Positions 26,641 through 35,503 of a stretch of 46,203 bases of DNA are shown here, in pieces. The stretch covers positions 1-46,203 of the forward strand of contig MGVF01000129.1 of assembly GCA_001800355.1 (NCBI GenBank), given 5' to 3'. Every line of letters starts with the position of its first letter. The stretch's first letter is position 1. The notes beneath the pieces were generated by a model. It was not told where the DNA came from. It did not search any database and was given only the letters and a program-made list of their open reading frames with translations. The translations under genes and the position numbers were made by a program. The stretch comes from Elusimicrobia bacterium RIFOXYA2_FULL_50_26. Lineage in GTDB: Bacteria; Elusimicrobiota; Endomicrobiia; Endomicrobiales; XYA2-FULL-47-53.

Positions 26641-27381
26641 ATGACTAAAAATAAATTTACCCTCGTTATCTGCCGTTATCACGTTGTTTTAGTCATTGCC
26701 GCTGTTTTGATTTTTTGGGGGATTGCAGTCGCTTCGCGCGATGCGGAGTTTTTATCCCTGCCTTTGCACCGCTACCCGTACAGAATCGCGCTAACATTCG
26801 ACGACGGCCCGCATGAGGGGTATACCGGACGGCTGATCTCCGTGTTGGGCCGGGCAAACGTGCCCGCCACATTTTTTGTTGTCGGCTCGTGCCTTGAGCA
26901 GCGGCCGGAACTTGCGCGTTCCCTGTGCGAACACGGCCATGAACTGGGCGGCCACACTATGACTCACCGCAACCTGTGCCGCTTAAGCGAACGCGAGATA
27001 GGCGCGGAACTGAGCCGGACGCGGGAACTTATGCGGAGCCAGTGCGGGTCTGAATCCCTGTTGTTTCGCCCGCCGGGCGGGCGGTACGACGAAAAAGTGC
27101 TTGCCGTGGCGCGTAAGCTGGGATTGTCTCTCGTCTTATGGACGGTATTTCCCCGCGATCACGAGGAGAACGACCCCGAAATGATCGTGCAGCGCGTGCT
27201 TGAGCAGGCCGACGACGGCGGCATTATCCTGCTGCACTCGGGCAGGCAGCCTACGATCGAGGCTTTGCCGCGTATAATAACCGCATTGCGCCAGCGCGGT
27301 TACCGTTTTGTTACCGTTTCCGAATTGATGAAAGGAAGCGTCCCTGGCGCTAAACATTATGCAAAGATTATTAGGAATTGA
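26641..27381 (+). CDS. polysaccharide deacetylase (NodB homology domain), membrane anchored
   Basis: IALTFDDGPHEGYT, ATFFVVG, GHELGGHTMTH and LLHSG motifs. ATG 26641 is preferred over the track's TTG 26638. Confidence 0.85.
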   Translation: MTKNKFTLVICRYHVVLVIAAVLIFWGIAVASRDAEFLSLPLHRYPYRIALTFDDGPHEGYTGRLISVLGRANVPATFFVVGSCLEQRPELARSLCEHGHELGGHTMTHRNLCRLSEREIGAELSRTRELMRSQCGSESLLFRPPGGRYDEKVLAVARKLGLSLVLWTVFPRDHEENDPEMIVQRVLEQADDGGIILLHSGRQPTIEALPRIITALRQRGYRFVTVSELMKGSVPGAKHYAKIIRN

Positions 27382-27775
27382 TTACGGCCATCGCAGGATA
27401 GGGCTTGCGCTATCCGATCCACTCGGGATTACAGCCCAGCCGCTGGAAGTGCTGGAAAGGGTGTCGCTTAAAGAGGATTTTGCCCGTATCGCCGCCATCG
27501 TGGCCAAGTACGGCGTTGAAAAAATAGTGCTGGGATTGCCGATAAACATGAACGGCACCGAGAGCGGGCTTACATCCGATGTGCGCCGGTTTGCCGAAGA
27601 GCTGCGAGAAAGCGTTGCGCTGCCGGTTGAATTCATTGACGAGCGGCTTACAACGATGCAGGCGGAGCGTATGCTGGTTGAAGAGGCCGATATGTCGCGT
27701 GAAAAACGTAAAAAAGTGAGAGATAAACTTGCGGCAAGCCTGATTCTACAGTCATACATGGATCAAAACCCGTAA
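27359..27775 (+). CDS. ruvX: Holliday junction resolvase-like / pre-16S rRNA nuclease YqgF
   Basis: LLGIDYGHRRIGLALSD and GLPINMNGTES motifs; 138 aa. Confidence 0.9.
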   Translation: MQRLLGIDYGHRRIGLALSDPLGITAQPLEVLERVSLKEDFARIAAIVAKYGVEKIVLGLPINMNGTESGLTSDVRRFAEELRESVALPVEFIDERLTTMQAERMLVEEADMSREKRKKVRDKLAASLILQSYMDQNP

Positions 27776-27778
27776 AAT

Positions 27779-28723
27779 ATGACGGATAAATTTATTAAAC
27801 CGGTTATTATCGCAGGGCTGTGTTTTATAATTGCAGGCGGCGTTTTCTGGTGGGCGCGCCTGCCGTCGGCGGTTTTTATGGTTACCATACCGCCCGGCGC
27901 CTCGGCGCGGCAGGCGGCGGGTATTCTCGCCGAGAGCGGCGTTATAGCCTCTCCCCGTGCTTTTACTTTTTTGCTTTCCGCAAGCGGCATGGCCAGGCGG
28001 CTGAAAGCAGGCACGTACCGCATACCGGCGCGCAGCAGCGTATTCGGCGTATTGAATATGATAACGCGCGGCAAATCCCAGGTGGCCAGGGTAACGATAC
28101 CGGAGGGGTTTAATGCGCGCCAGGTGGCCGGGCGCCTGCATGCGCTTAACGTGGCCGATGAGGCTGCTTTTCTTAACTTTGTAAGCGAACGTAACCTGGA
28201 GGGATACCTTTATCCCGACACTTATTATTTTGAACCGCGTTCCCCGGCGGACAAGGTTGCCGGCGTGATGACAAGGGAGTTCTGGCGTCAGTTCGCGGAA
28301 CTGAAAAAATCGCGTCCGGACGGAAAAAATATTTTAAGTGATAAGGAAATCGTCATACTTGCTTCTATCATAGAGAAAGAGGCGGTTTTGCCCGAAGAAC
28401 GGCCGCTGGTGGCCGCGGTATTTATTAACCGCCTGAATAAACACTGGTACCTTGAATCCTGCGCCACGGTGCTGTACGCGCTGGGAACGCATAAAGATAA
28501 ATTGACGTATAAAGATCTGAAAGTAGATTCGCCGTATAATACGTACCGTCATTACGGCCTGCCGCCGGGGCCTATCTGTAATCCCGGGAAAGAATCGTTG
28601 AAGGCGGCGCTGTATCCGGCGGAAACTGACGACATGTTTTTTGTGGCACAAGGCTCGGGGGCACACTCATTCTCGCGTTACTACCGCGACCACCTGAAAA
28701 ACAAGCAAAAAAGATCCAGATAA
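27779..28723 (+). CDS. mltG: endolytic murein transglycosylase (YceG family)
   Basis: EGYLYPDTYYF, ASIIEKEA, CATVLYALG and SPYNTYRHYGLPPGPICNPG motifs. Confidence 0.9.
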   Translation: MTDKFIKPVIIAGLCFIIAGGVFWWARLPSAVFMVTIPPGASARQAAGILAESGVIASPRAFTFLLSASGMARRLKAGTYRIPARSSVFGVLNMITRGKSQVARVTIPEGFNARQVAGRLHALNVADEAAFLNFVSERNLEGYLYPDTYYFEPRSPADKVAGVMTREFWRQFAELKKSRPDGKNILSDKEIVILASIIEKEAVLPEERPLVAAVFINRLNKHWYLESCATVLYALGTHKDKLTYKDLKVDSPYNTYRHYGLPPGPICNPGKESLKAALYPAETDDMFFVAQGSGAHSFSRYYRDHLKNKQKRSR

Positions 28724-28744
28724 CATACCATAGGCTGATACCGG

Positions 28745-28870
28745 GTGCCTCTTTAGAAGTTGTAGTCGTCATTGCGAGCCCAAAGGGCGCGGCAATCTCG
28801 TTTTTCATCAGAAGCAACGTCGAGATTGCTTCGCTCTCGCTCGCAATGACTTCAAACTGATAAAGAGACA
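28745..28870 (+). mobile_element. R2a MITE
   Basis: 126 bp. Termini GTGCCTCTTTAGAAG / CTGATAAAGAGACA. Flanked by TGATACCGG (28736-28744) and TGATGCCGG (28871-28879), an 8/9 direct repeat. Same orientation as the 15123 copy. Confidence 0.8.
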
Positions 28871-28935
28871 TGATGCCGGGGGGACGGGGGGTATTTTGCT
28901 TTTCTTTTGTAAACCAAATTTCATTCCGTGCGTCT

Positions 28936-29568
28936 ATGTATAATGAAGAGCGCAACACCGCCGTCATGGATGCGCCGGTTGCGGATTTCGAACTTGTCCG
29001 CCGGGCGCAGGGCGGCGACAGCGAGGCGTTCGGCGTTTTGGTAGAGCGTTACCAGGGCGGGTTGTATCTTTTTATCAGGCAGCATATAAACTCGCCGGAT
29101 GATGCGCGCGACGTCCTGGCCGAAGCATTTTTTCACGCATGGCGTAAAATCACGACTTTCAGGGGGGAGGCGGCTTTCAAGACGTGGTTATGGAGAATCG
29201 TGGTAAACCTCTGCCGCACCCACCAGAGAAGGGGCTACCTTTGGCGTAAATTTTTTTTCCGTCCGCCCGTTGCCGGCGACGGCGCAAGCTTTGAATCCGG
29301 CTGGCCGGACCGGGGCCGTGGCGGCGACCCGCAGCACTATTGCGAGTTGCAGCGCCTCAAAGCCGACGTGCGCGCCGCCCGCTCAACGCTCAGCCGCAGG
29401 GAATCGGAAGTGTTTTCGCTGAAATTCGATAATTCAATGAAAATAGATGAGATAGGCGGCGTACTGGGATTGTCGGAGAATACGGTAAAAGTTTTGCTTT
29501 TCAGGGCAGCAAGGAAATTGGCCAGGGCATTAAAAAGGTATGAAAATGAATTGCCGGAAGATACGTAA
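28936..29568 (+). CDS. ECF-type RNA polymerase sigma-70 family factor
   Basis: LVRRAQGGDSEAFGVLVERYQ (region 2) and MKIDEIGGVLGLSENTVKVLLFRARKL-like region 4. Track start 28870 lies in or at a repeat element; ATG 28936 or 28966 is more plausible. Confidence 0.8.
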   Translation: MYNEERNTAVMDAPVADFELVRRAQGGDSEAFGVLVERYQGGLYLFIRQHINSPDDARDVLAEAFFHAWRKITTFRGEAAFKTWLWRIVVNLCRTHQRRGYLWRKFFFRPPVAGDGASFESGWPDRGRGGDPQHYCELQRLKADVRAARSTLSRRESEVFSLKFDNSMKIDEIGGVLGLSENTVKVLLFRAARKLARALKRYENELPEDT

Positions 29569-29986
29569 AGAAATTGCGCTGTACCATCTGGGGGAGTTGA
29601 GCGCGGGAGGCCGCGCGGCGGTTGAACAACACCTGGCGCATTGCCGCCGTTGTGCCGGGCTTTCGCGTTCTATCGCCGGCAGCTTTGCCGCCATAGGCCG
29701 GAGCGGGCGGCCGCCGTCCGGGCAGATGTGGCCGCAGGTGCGCGCGCTTATTGAGAGAAGATCGCGAGTGCATTACATGGGGCGCCCGGCGTTTTCCGCC
29801 GCTTCGCGCCTGCTTTTGGCGCCCATGTTAAACCTTATCGTGATGGGGGCGCTTATATCCCAAATAGTTGCGGGGCCGCGCGCGCAGTTTACCGTCATAG
29901 AATGGGACGTCATACAAAACATGGAATTTTTAAACGACTTCGAAGTATGCAGGGAGCTTGATTTGCTAAGGAGAATCGGCCAATGA
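29540..29986 (+). CDS. anti-sigma factor (zf-HC2 type), single-pass membrane
   Basis: N-terminal C-x...HLAHCRRCA zinc-finger-like motif, one TM helix, overlaps the sigma gene. Confidence 0.65.
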   Translation: MKMNCRKIRKEIALYHLGELSAGGRAAVEQHLAHCRRCAGLSRSIAGSFAAIGRSGRPPSGQMWPQVRALIERRSRVHYMGRPAFSAASRLLLAPMLNLIVMGALISQIVAGPRAQFTVIEWDVIQNMEFLNDFEVCRELDLLRRIGQ

Positions 29987-30348
29987 GGCCGGCCTTTATT
30001 ATATGCGCGTTTTTAGTTTGCGTTGCCGTGGTTGCGAATGCCGCGGGCATTGCGCCTTCCGCCGGCGCGCAGGCGGGGCGATTATCCACCGGGGAGAAAC
30101 GCGTTTTAATGCAGCAATACAAGCAGTGGGAAAAATTAAACCCCGAAGAAAAAGCGATTCTCCGCCTGCGGTGGGAAACCTTTAATGCAATGCCGGCCGC
30201 GAAACGAAAGAAGCTTCTGAAAAATTATGAACGTTGGAAATCCATGAATGAAGACGAGTGCGACATGTTGCGCAAGAGGTACAATGACTGGCAAAAACTA
30301 TCTCCCGCGCAAAAACGCCGCGTACGGAAAAAATACGGCATCAAATGA
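29983..30348 (+). CDS. secreted DUF3106-like repeat protein
   Basis: Signal peptide, then repeated W..(L/M).PEE/AQK helical units (WEKLNPEEKAILRLRWETF, WKSMNEDECDMLRKRY, WQKLSPAQKRRVRKKY). Confidence 0.55.
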   Translation: MRPAFIICAFLVCVAVVANAAGIAPSAGAQAGRLSTGEKRVLMQQYKQWEKLNPEEKAILRLRWETFNAMPAAKRKKLLKNYERWKSMNEDECDMLRKRYNDWQKLSPAQKRRVRKKYGIK

Positions 30349-30358
30349 CAGAAATCTC

Positions 30359-30378
30359 CACCCGCGCTTTTGCGGGTG
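30359..30378 (+). other. intercistronic GC-rich hairpin
   Basis: CACCCGC-GCTTTT-GCGGGTG, a 7-bp perfect stem. No T-tract follows, so it is not a canonical intrinsic terminator. Confidence 0.3.
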
Positions 30379-30397
30379 CGATAACAGGAGGAACATA

Positions 30398-31000
30398 ATG
30401 ATAAAAAGCAAATGGTTGTTGACGATGGCAATAGCAGTAAGCATGAGTTCTTCGTGGGCGCTGGCACAGTATCAAACCTCGCCCGGGACAGACAATAAGG
30501 CTAACAAAGACACGCAAATGACCCAGATGAGAACCTTCGACGAGATACTAAAGGATGTAAACCAGGGCAAAAACGTAGGCGAGGAAGAGGCGGTGATGCT
30601 CGTGCAGAATTCCAGGTTCATGACTTCACTTGAGCAGAACCCCGGCATCGCCGACATTGTAGCCAGGCACCCCTATGCGGCCTCGCTGTTCTATGAACAG
30701 CCGTCTTTCAAGAGATGGTCGGATACAAATCCAGACAAGGCGAAGAAGGTTATGGATGCGGCCATGAAATGGCAGGCAATGAGCGCGGAGGATAAGGATA
30801 AATTCTTCCGCAAGTATCCGACGATCCGTTCGGGGGAAATGCAGGGTGGCGCGATGGATAAGGACACTGACATGCAGGGCGGCGGTATGCAGGAAGGAAC
30901 AACCACGCAGATGCAGGGCGGCGGACTTGAAAAAGATACCACGGGACCTGTAAAGATGCAGCCCAGGAAGAATAAGACCGAAGACAAGAGCACGTATTAG
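30398..31000 (+). CDS. secreted protein with C-terminal MQGG repeats
   Basis: ATG 30398 is preceded by AGGAGG. MIKSKWLLTMAIAVSMSSSWALAQ signal peptide. C-terminus GEMQGGAMDKDTDMQGGGMQEGTTTQMQGGGLEKD. Track start 30248 overlaps the upstream gene. Confidence 0.55.
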   Translation: MIKSKWLLTMAIAVSMSSSWALAQYQTSPGTDNKANKDTQMTQMRTFDEILKDVNQGKNVGEEEAVMLVQNSRFMTSLEQNPGIADIVARHPYAASLFYEQPSFKRWSDTNPDKAKKVMDAAMKWQAMSAEDKDKFFRKYPTIRSGEMQGGAMDKDTDMQGGGMQEGTTTQMQGGGLEKDTTGPVKMQPRKNKTEDKSTY

Positions 31001-31033
31001 CAGCTAATCTGGCTGGTTAAAAACACGTTAACT

Positions 31034-31313
31034 CCCCCTCACCTTAATCCTCTCCCCGACGGGGAGAGGAAACCCCGATGTGCAAACTGTCCCCGACGGG
31101 GAGAGGAAAGAGCTGCTGTGCAAACTGTCCCCGACGGGGAGAGGAAAGAGCTGATGTGCAAACTGTCCCGACGGGGAGAGGAAAGAGCTGCTGTGCAAAC
31201 TGTCCCGACGGGGGGGGAAGAGTTGATGTGCAAATCATTCCCGACGGGGAGAGGAAAATGTTATGTTTCATCTTAACCCTCTCCCCGTCGGGGAGAGGGC
31301 AGGGTGAGGGGGG
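31034..31313. repeat. R1 mosaic element, 7 hairpin units, distinct spacer
   Basis: (C)CCCGACGGGGAGAGG loops at 31058, 31095, 31133, 31170, 31207, 31243 and 31287 (36-38-bp period). Spacer AAAGAGCTG(C/A)TGTGCAAACTG. Bounded by CCCCCTCACCTTAATCC ... GGGCAGGGTGAGGGGGG. Lies between convergent genes. Confidence 0.9.
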
Positions 31314-31317
31314 ACGT

Positions 31318-32898
31318 TTACTTGAATTCAGAAGTAAAATGGAAATTTACGTCGGGGAATTGTTCCATGTAGTGGTGCAGCATCCATTCGGATTCCGCGA
31401 AAAAAACAATGTTATCATCCTTGTCGCGGCCTATGTGGTTGGCTTTGTAGTCGCAAAAATCCTTGAATTGAGCCGCGTTATTCGAGGTTATCCAGCAGGC
31501 CTTGTAAAAATTAAGCGGTTCAAAACTGCATTTTGCCCCGTACTCGTGTTCCAGGCGGTAACTTATGACGTCGAATTGCAGTTGCCCGACGGTTCCCACC
31601 ACCTTGCGGTGTCCAATGGCAAGGTGGAAAACCTGCGCTACGCCTTCGTCGGTAAGCTGCTTGATGCCTTTTTCAAGCTGTTTCGCCTTCATGGAAGTGT
31701 TTATGAGTTCCCGGAAAACTTCCGGCGAAAAACTCGGGATGCCCTGGAACGAAAGATTCTCGCCATCCGTTAAAGTATCGCCTATCTTGAAATGTCCCCT
31801 GTCGTAAAGCCCTATTACATCACCCGGGTATGCTTCCTCAATGACATCTTTTTTCTGTCCCAGGAAGCTGGCCGGGTTCGTAAAACGCAAATTAGTGTTA
31901 AGACGGACGTGCTTATAAAATGCGTTTCTCTCGAATTTTCCCGAACAAACCCTGAAAAATGCAATCCTGTCGCGGTGGCGCAGGTCCAGGTTCGCATGAA
32001 TTTTAAACACGAAACCGCTGAATGATTTTTCGCCCGGCTCCACTCTGCGTGTGGCCGCCTCTCTTGCACCCGGCGGAGGCGCCATTTCAATGAAAGCGTC
32101 CAGCGTTTCTTTAACGCCGAAATTGTTTAACGCGCTGCCGAAAAAAGCCGGGGCCAGGTCTCCCGCCAGATACTTTTCATTATCAAAACTTCCGTATACG
32201 CCTTTTAGAAGCTCAACGTCCTCGCGCAATTGCGCAGCAAATTCCCCGCCGACGTGTTCGTCGAGCGCGTGCCGGCTTATGTCGGTTATGGCCACTATCT
32301 CGTCATCGTCCGCCCCCCGGTTGGGGTGAAATATATGAAGATTGTTTTGATGAAAGCTGTATACCCCCTTGAAGCTGCTCCCGCGGCTTATGGGCCAGCT
32401 TAAAGGCTGAACTTTTATGTCCAGCTTCTTCTCAAGCTCGTCCACAAGGTCGAAAGGGCAGGCGCCTTCGCGGTCAAGCTTGTTGATGAATATGATAACG
32501 GGTGTTTTGCGCATCCGGCAGACCTTCATCAGCTTTTCGGTCTGCTCCTCAACGCCCTTAACGCTGTCTACGACGAGAATCACGCTGTCAACCGCGGTAA
32601 GGGTGCGGTAGGTGTCTTCGGCGAAATCCTTGTGTCCCGGCGTGTCGAGCAGGTTGATGTTAAGGCCGCGGTACTCGAAGCTCATTACCGCCGAAGCCAC
32701 GGAAATGCCGCGCTGGCGCTCTATTTCCATGAAGTCGGATACCGTGCTTTTTTTGATCTTATTCGATTTTACCGCGCCCGCGCTCTGGATGGCTCCCGCA
32801 AAAAGCAAAAACTTCTCCGTAAGCGTCGTCTTACCCGCATCCGGATGGCTGATTATTGCAAACGTCCGCCTCTTTAATATTTCATCGTTTATAGACAT
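31318..32898 (-). CDS. prfC: peptide chain release factor 3
   Basis: [43 protein letters not shown] and NKLDR GTPase motifs. ATG 32898 gives a canonical N-terminus. Confidence 0.9.
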   Translation of the reverse strand: MSINDEILKRRTFAIISHPDAGKTTLTEKFLLFAGAIQSAGAVKSNKIKKSTVSDFMEIERQRGISVASAVMSFEYRGLNINLLDTPGHKDFAEDTYRTLTAVDSVILVVDSVKGVEEQTEKLMKVCRMRKTPVIIFINKLDREGACPFDLVDELEKKLDIKVQPLSWPISRGSSFKGVYSFHQNNLHIFHPNRGADDDEIVAITDISRHALDEHVGGEFAAQLREDVELLKGVYGSFDNEKYLAGDLAPAFFGSALNNFGVKETLDAFIEMAPPPGAREAATRRVEPGEKSFSGFVFKIHANLDLRHRDRIAFFRVCSGKFERNAFYKHVRLNTNLRFTNPASFLGQKKDVIEEAYPGDVIGLYDRGHFKIGDTLTDGENLSFQGIPSFSPEVFRELINTSMKAKQLEKGIKQLTDEGVAQVFHLAIGHRKVVGTVGQLQFDVISYRLEHEYGAKCSFEPLNFYKACWITSNNAAQFKDFCDYKANHIGRDKDDNIVFFAESEWMLHHYMEQFPDVNFHFTSEFK

Positions 32899-32910
32899 AA
32901 ATATACCGGT

Positions 32911-32939
32911 ATTATAACTATTTTTGCACATGCTGTAAA
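32911..32939 (-). promoter_or_regulatory. sigma-70-like promoter for prfC
   Basis: The minus strand reads TTTACA-17 nt-TATAAT. The -10 ends only 12 nt before ATG 32898, implying a very short leader. It lies inside the longer track ORF start (32931), which argues against that start. Confidence 0.45.
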
Positions 32940-32955
32940 TGAAATCATTTCATTC

Positions 32956-32984
32956 TTGACAAAGTATGGTGCATATAATAGAAT
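32956..32984 (+). promoter_or_regulatory. sigma-70-like promoter for iscS-mnmA
   Basis: TTGACA (32956-32961)-17 nt-TAGAAT (32979-32984). Confidence 0.45.
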
Positions 32985-33014
32985 AACATATAATACATAA
33001 AAACGAGTGATAAT

Positions 33015-34223
33015 ATGAATAAGAAATCCATTTATCTTGATTATAATGCCACTACGCCGTTGCGGGCGGAACCGTTGGATGCTATGCGGCCGTACCTGTC
33101 GGATGTTTTTGGCAATGCATCCAGTATGCACGTGTTCGGCCAGCAGGCCAGGAAAGGGCTTGAGGATGCGCGCCAGGCGGTGGCGCGTTGTGTAAATGCC
33201 CAAAAACCAGGGGAAATAATTTTTACCGGTTGCGGAACCGAATCCGACAACATGGCTATAAAATCCGTGGCGCGCGCCAATAAAGCCCGCGGCAATCATA
33301 TTATCACTTCTTCCATCGAGCACCACGCCGTTCTTGCAACGTGCGAATACATGCGTTCCGAAGGCTTCCAGGTTACGGTTTTGCCGGTGGATTCATCCGG
33401 CCGAGTCAGCCCGCTGGAAGTTAAACGCAATATCCAGCCTTCCACGATACTTGTATCCATAATGCATGCAAATAATGAAGTGGGTGTTATACAGCCCGTG
33501 GCGGAAATCGGTAAAATAATTGCCGGGGAAAACGACAGCCGGGCGGCCGCCGGGCGGGGACAGGTTCTTTTTCACACGGATGCGGTGCAGACCGCCGGCA
33601 AAATACCGATAGACGTGCAGGCCATGGGCGTTGACCTGCTGTCCCTGTCGGCTCACAAATTTTACGGCCCCAAGGGCGTGGGTGCGCTCTATATAAAGCG
33701 CGGCACGGTAATCGAGCCGCTGTTGCACGGCGGCCATCACGAGGCCAATCTGCGCGCAGGCACGGAAAACGTGGCGGGTATCGTCGGAATGGCGGCCGCG
33801 CTTGAGCTTGCCGTTGCGGAGCAGCAGGCCGAGCAGGCGCGGCTTCTGGCTTTGCGGCAGAAACTTGAGAACGGCATAATGTCTTCCATACCTTCGGTTT
33901 ACGTCAATGGCCATTCGCTGGAACGGCTTGCCGGCACGCTGAGCGTTTCGTTTGAATTTATCGAGGGGGAAAGCCTGTTGTTGTCTCTTGATTTAAAGGG
34001 TATAGCGGCGTCTACCGGGTCTGCCTGCGCCTCGGGAACGTCCGAGCCGTCGCACGTGCTATCCGCCATGGGCGTTCCGCCCGAGTGCGCCCAGGGCGCA
34101 TTGCGTTTTTCTCTCGGCCGCGGCACAACGGAAAAAGATATAGATTACGTTCTTGAAACGCTCCCACCTGTTGTAGACCGCCTCCGCCGCATGTCCCCCC
34201 TCTGGAAACAAAATCCCGTATGA
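33015..34223 (+). CDS. iscS: cysteine desulfurase (NifS/IscS type)
   Basis: SAHKFYGPKGVGALYIK PLP-lysine motif and STGSACASGTSEPSHVL active-site Cys loop. Adjacent to mnmA. Confidence 0.9.
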   Translation: MNKKSIYLDYNATTPLRAEPLDAMRPYLSDVFGNASSMHVFGQQARKGLEDARQAVARCVNAQKPGEIIFTGCGTESDNMAIKSVARANKARGNHIITSSIEHHAVLATCEYMRSEGFQVTVLPVDSSGRVSPLEVKRNIQPSTILVSIMHANNEVGVIQPVAEIGKIIAGENDSRAAAGRGQVLFHTDAVQTAGKIPIDVQAMGVDLLSLSAHKFYGPKGVGALYIKRGTVIEPLLHGGHHEANLRAGTENVAGIVGMAAALELAVAEQQAEQARLLALRQKLENGIMSSIPSVYVNGHSLERLAGTLSVSFEFIEGESLLLSLDLKGIAASTGSACASGTSEPSHVLSAMGVPPECAQGALRFSLGRGTTEKDIDYVLETLPPVVDRLRRMSPLWKQNPV

Positions 34224-34230
34224 ACCCAAA

Positions 34231-34384
34231 TTTTGCATTAGGGTCGCGGAATTCGTCGAACGATGCCGGACTTTTTCTTCCGAAAAAAGGTTCGACCGTA
34301 GACAACGCTACGCTCTCACTTTTTTCGTCGAAAAACTCTCGGCCTCGCTCGCCTCGGTTCTCGCGCCCTAATGCAAAAGTTGGG
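34231..34384. mobile_element. R3 palindromic insertion at the iscS/mnmA junction
   Basis: 154 bp bounded by an 11-bp direct repeat ATGAACCCAAA (34220-34230 and 34385-34395). Imperfect inverted repeat CCCAAATTTTGCATTAGGG (34225-34243) / CCCTAATGCAAAAGTTGGG (34366-34384). Confidence 0.75.
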
Positions 34385-35503
34385 ATGAACCCAAAGTTAT
34401 GCATAGTGAGAAACAACGTCCCCAAAGTTGTGGTGGGGATGTCGGGGGGGGTGGATTCTTCGGTGGCGGCGGCGTTGCTTAAGGAGGGGGGGTACGATGT
34501 GGCGGGTGTTACTTTGCGGTTGTGGCACGCCGGCGACGACCGGGGACGGCCCGGCGGCTGTTGTTCCATGGACGATATTGCCGACGCAAGAAGGGTGTGT
34601 CATCATCTCGGCATTCGGCATTACGTGCTGGATTTCGGCAGCCGGTTCGAGGAAACTGTCGTCGCGGATTTCGTGCGCGAGTATCTCCGCGGCCACACGC
34701 CCAACCCGTGCATCGTGTGCAACCAATTCATAAAATTCGGGCTGCTTATGGAGAAGGCGCAGGCCATGGGATTTGATTTGATGGCGACCGGCCATTACGC
34801 GCGCATAGAAAAAAGGGGCGAAACCAGCGTTCTCGCAAAGGCCAAAGACGCGCTAAAAGATCAGTCTTATGTTTTATACAGGCTTACTTCCGGCCAGTTG
34901 GAGCGCCTTATTTTTCCTCTCGGTGAATATACAAAAGCAGAAGTGCGGGATATTGCCAGGCGGCTTGCTTTGCCGGCTGCCGAGAAACCTGAAAGCCAGG
35001 AAATATGTTTTGTCCCGGACGATTATGCCTCTTTCCTGCGCGCCTACCTGCCGGATTTCGACAGGAAAGTGCGCCCCGGCGCCATAGTTGACGTTAACGG
35101 CGCAATCGTCGGCAAACATAAAGGGCTTGCGTTTTATACCATCGGCCAGCGAAAAGGGCTGGGGTTGTCATCGCCGGAGCCGTTGTACGTAATCGCGCTT
35201 GACCCGGCAAAGAACGAGGTTGTAGTCGGCGGCAAAGAAAAAGTGTATTCCTCGAAAATGCCGGTTGAAACGCTGTCCTGGGCCGAAGGAAAAACGCCCG
35301 AATTGCCGCTTAAATGCATGGTAAAAATTCGGCGTATGCACAAGGAAGCCTCCGCGTTGATAAGCCCTGCTGGCGCCGGCGTGCTGGTAGAGTTCGATAA
35401 GCCGCAAATGGCCATAACTGCCGGACAATCCGCGGTGTTCTATGAAAATAACCATGTCCTGGGCGGCGGCATAATATCCGATAAACATACCGGCAAGGCA
35501 TAA
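34385..35503 (+). CDS. mnmA: tRNA 2-thiouridine(34) synthase
   Basis: VVVGMSGGVDSSVAAALLKEGGYDV PP-loop, NPCIVCN, DQSYVLY. The 55 codons upstream of ATG 34385 (track start 34220) are encoded by an inserted repeat. Confidence 0.9.
   Translation: MNPKLCIVRNNVPKVVVGMSGGVDSSVAAALLKEGGYDVAGVTLRLWHAGDDRGRPGGCCSMDDIADARRVCHHLGIRHYVLDFGSRFEETVVADFVREYLRGHTPNPCIVCNQFIKFGLLMEKAQAMGFDLMATGHYARIEKRGETSVLAKAKDALKDQSYVLYRLTSGQLERLIFPLGEYTKAEVRDIARRLALPAAEKPESQEICFVPDDYASFLRAYLPDFDRKVRPGAIVDVNGAIVGKHKGLAFYTIGQRKGLGLSSPEPLYVIALDPAKNEVVVGGKEKVYSSKMPVETLSWAEGKTPELPLKCMVKIRRMHKEASALISPAGAGVLVEFDKPQMAITAGQSAVFYENNHVLGGGIISDKHTGKA

Noticed and set aside
28870-28935. Track start of the ECF sigma gene at 28870; likewise 30248 for the secreted protein, 32931 for prfC, 23093 for the giant pilin and 1462 for rSAM paralog 1
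   Set aside because: 28870 is the last base of the R2a MITE. 30248 overlaps the upstream gene by 100 nt, while ATG 30398 has an AGGAGG RBS and a signal peptide. 32931 lies inside the predicted prfC promoter. 23078 and 1480 have better RBS or coupling geometry.
30359-30378. Intrinsic terminator between the DUF3106-like gene and the MQGG protein gene
   Set aside because: There is a 7-bp GC stem, but it is followed by CGATAACAGG rather than a T-tract, and it is 20 nt upstream of the next start in an apparent operon. I listed it only as a hairpin.
31078-31773. 231-aa plus-strand ORF (and minus ORFs 31039..31271)
   Set aside because: The N-terminal part is a translation of the repeat array (PTGRGKSCCANCP... 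reiterated). The remainder is antisense to the well-supported prfC gene.
34220-34384. Track start of mnmA at 34220 (427 aa)
   Set aside because: The extra 55 residues are low-complexity and repeat-encoded. ATG 34385 reproduces the duplicated start and a canonical distance to the PP-loop. I kept this as a finding, not as the CDS start.
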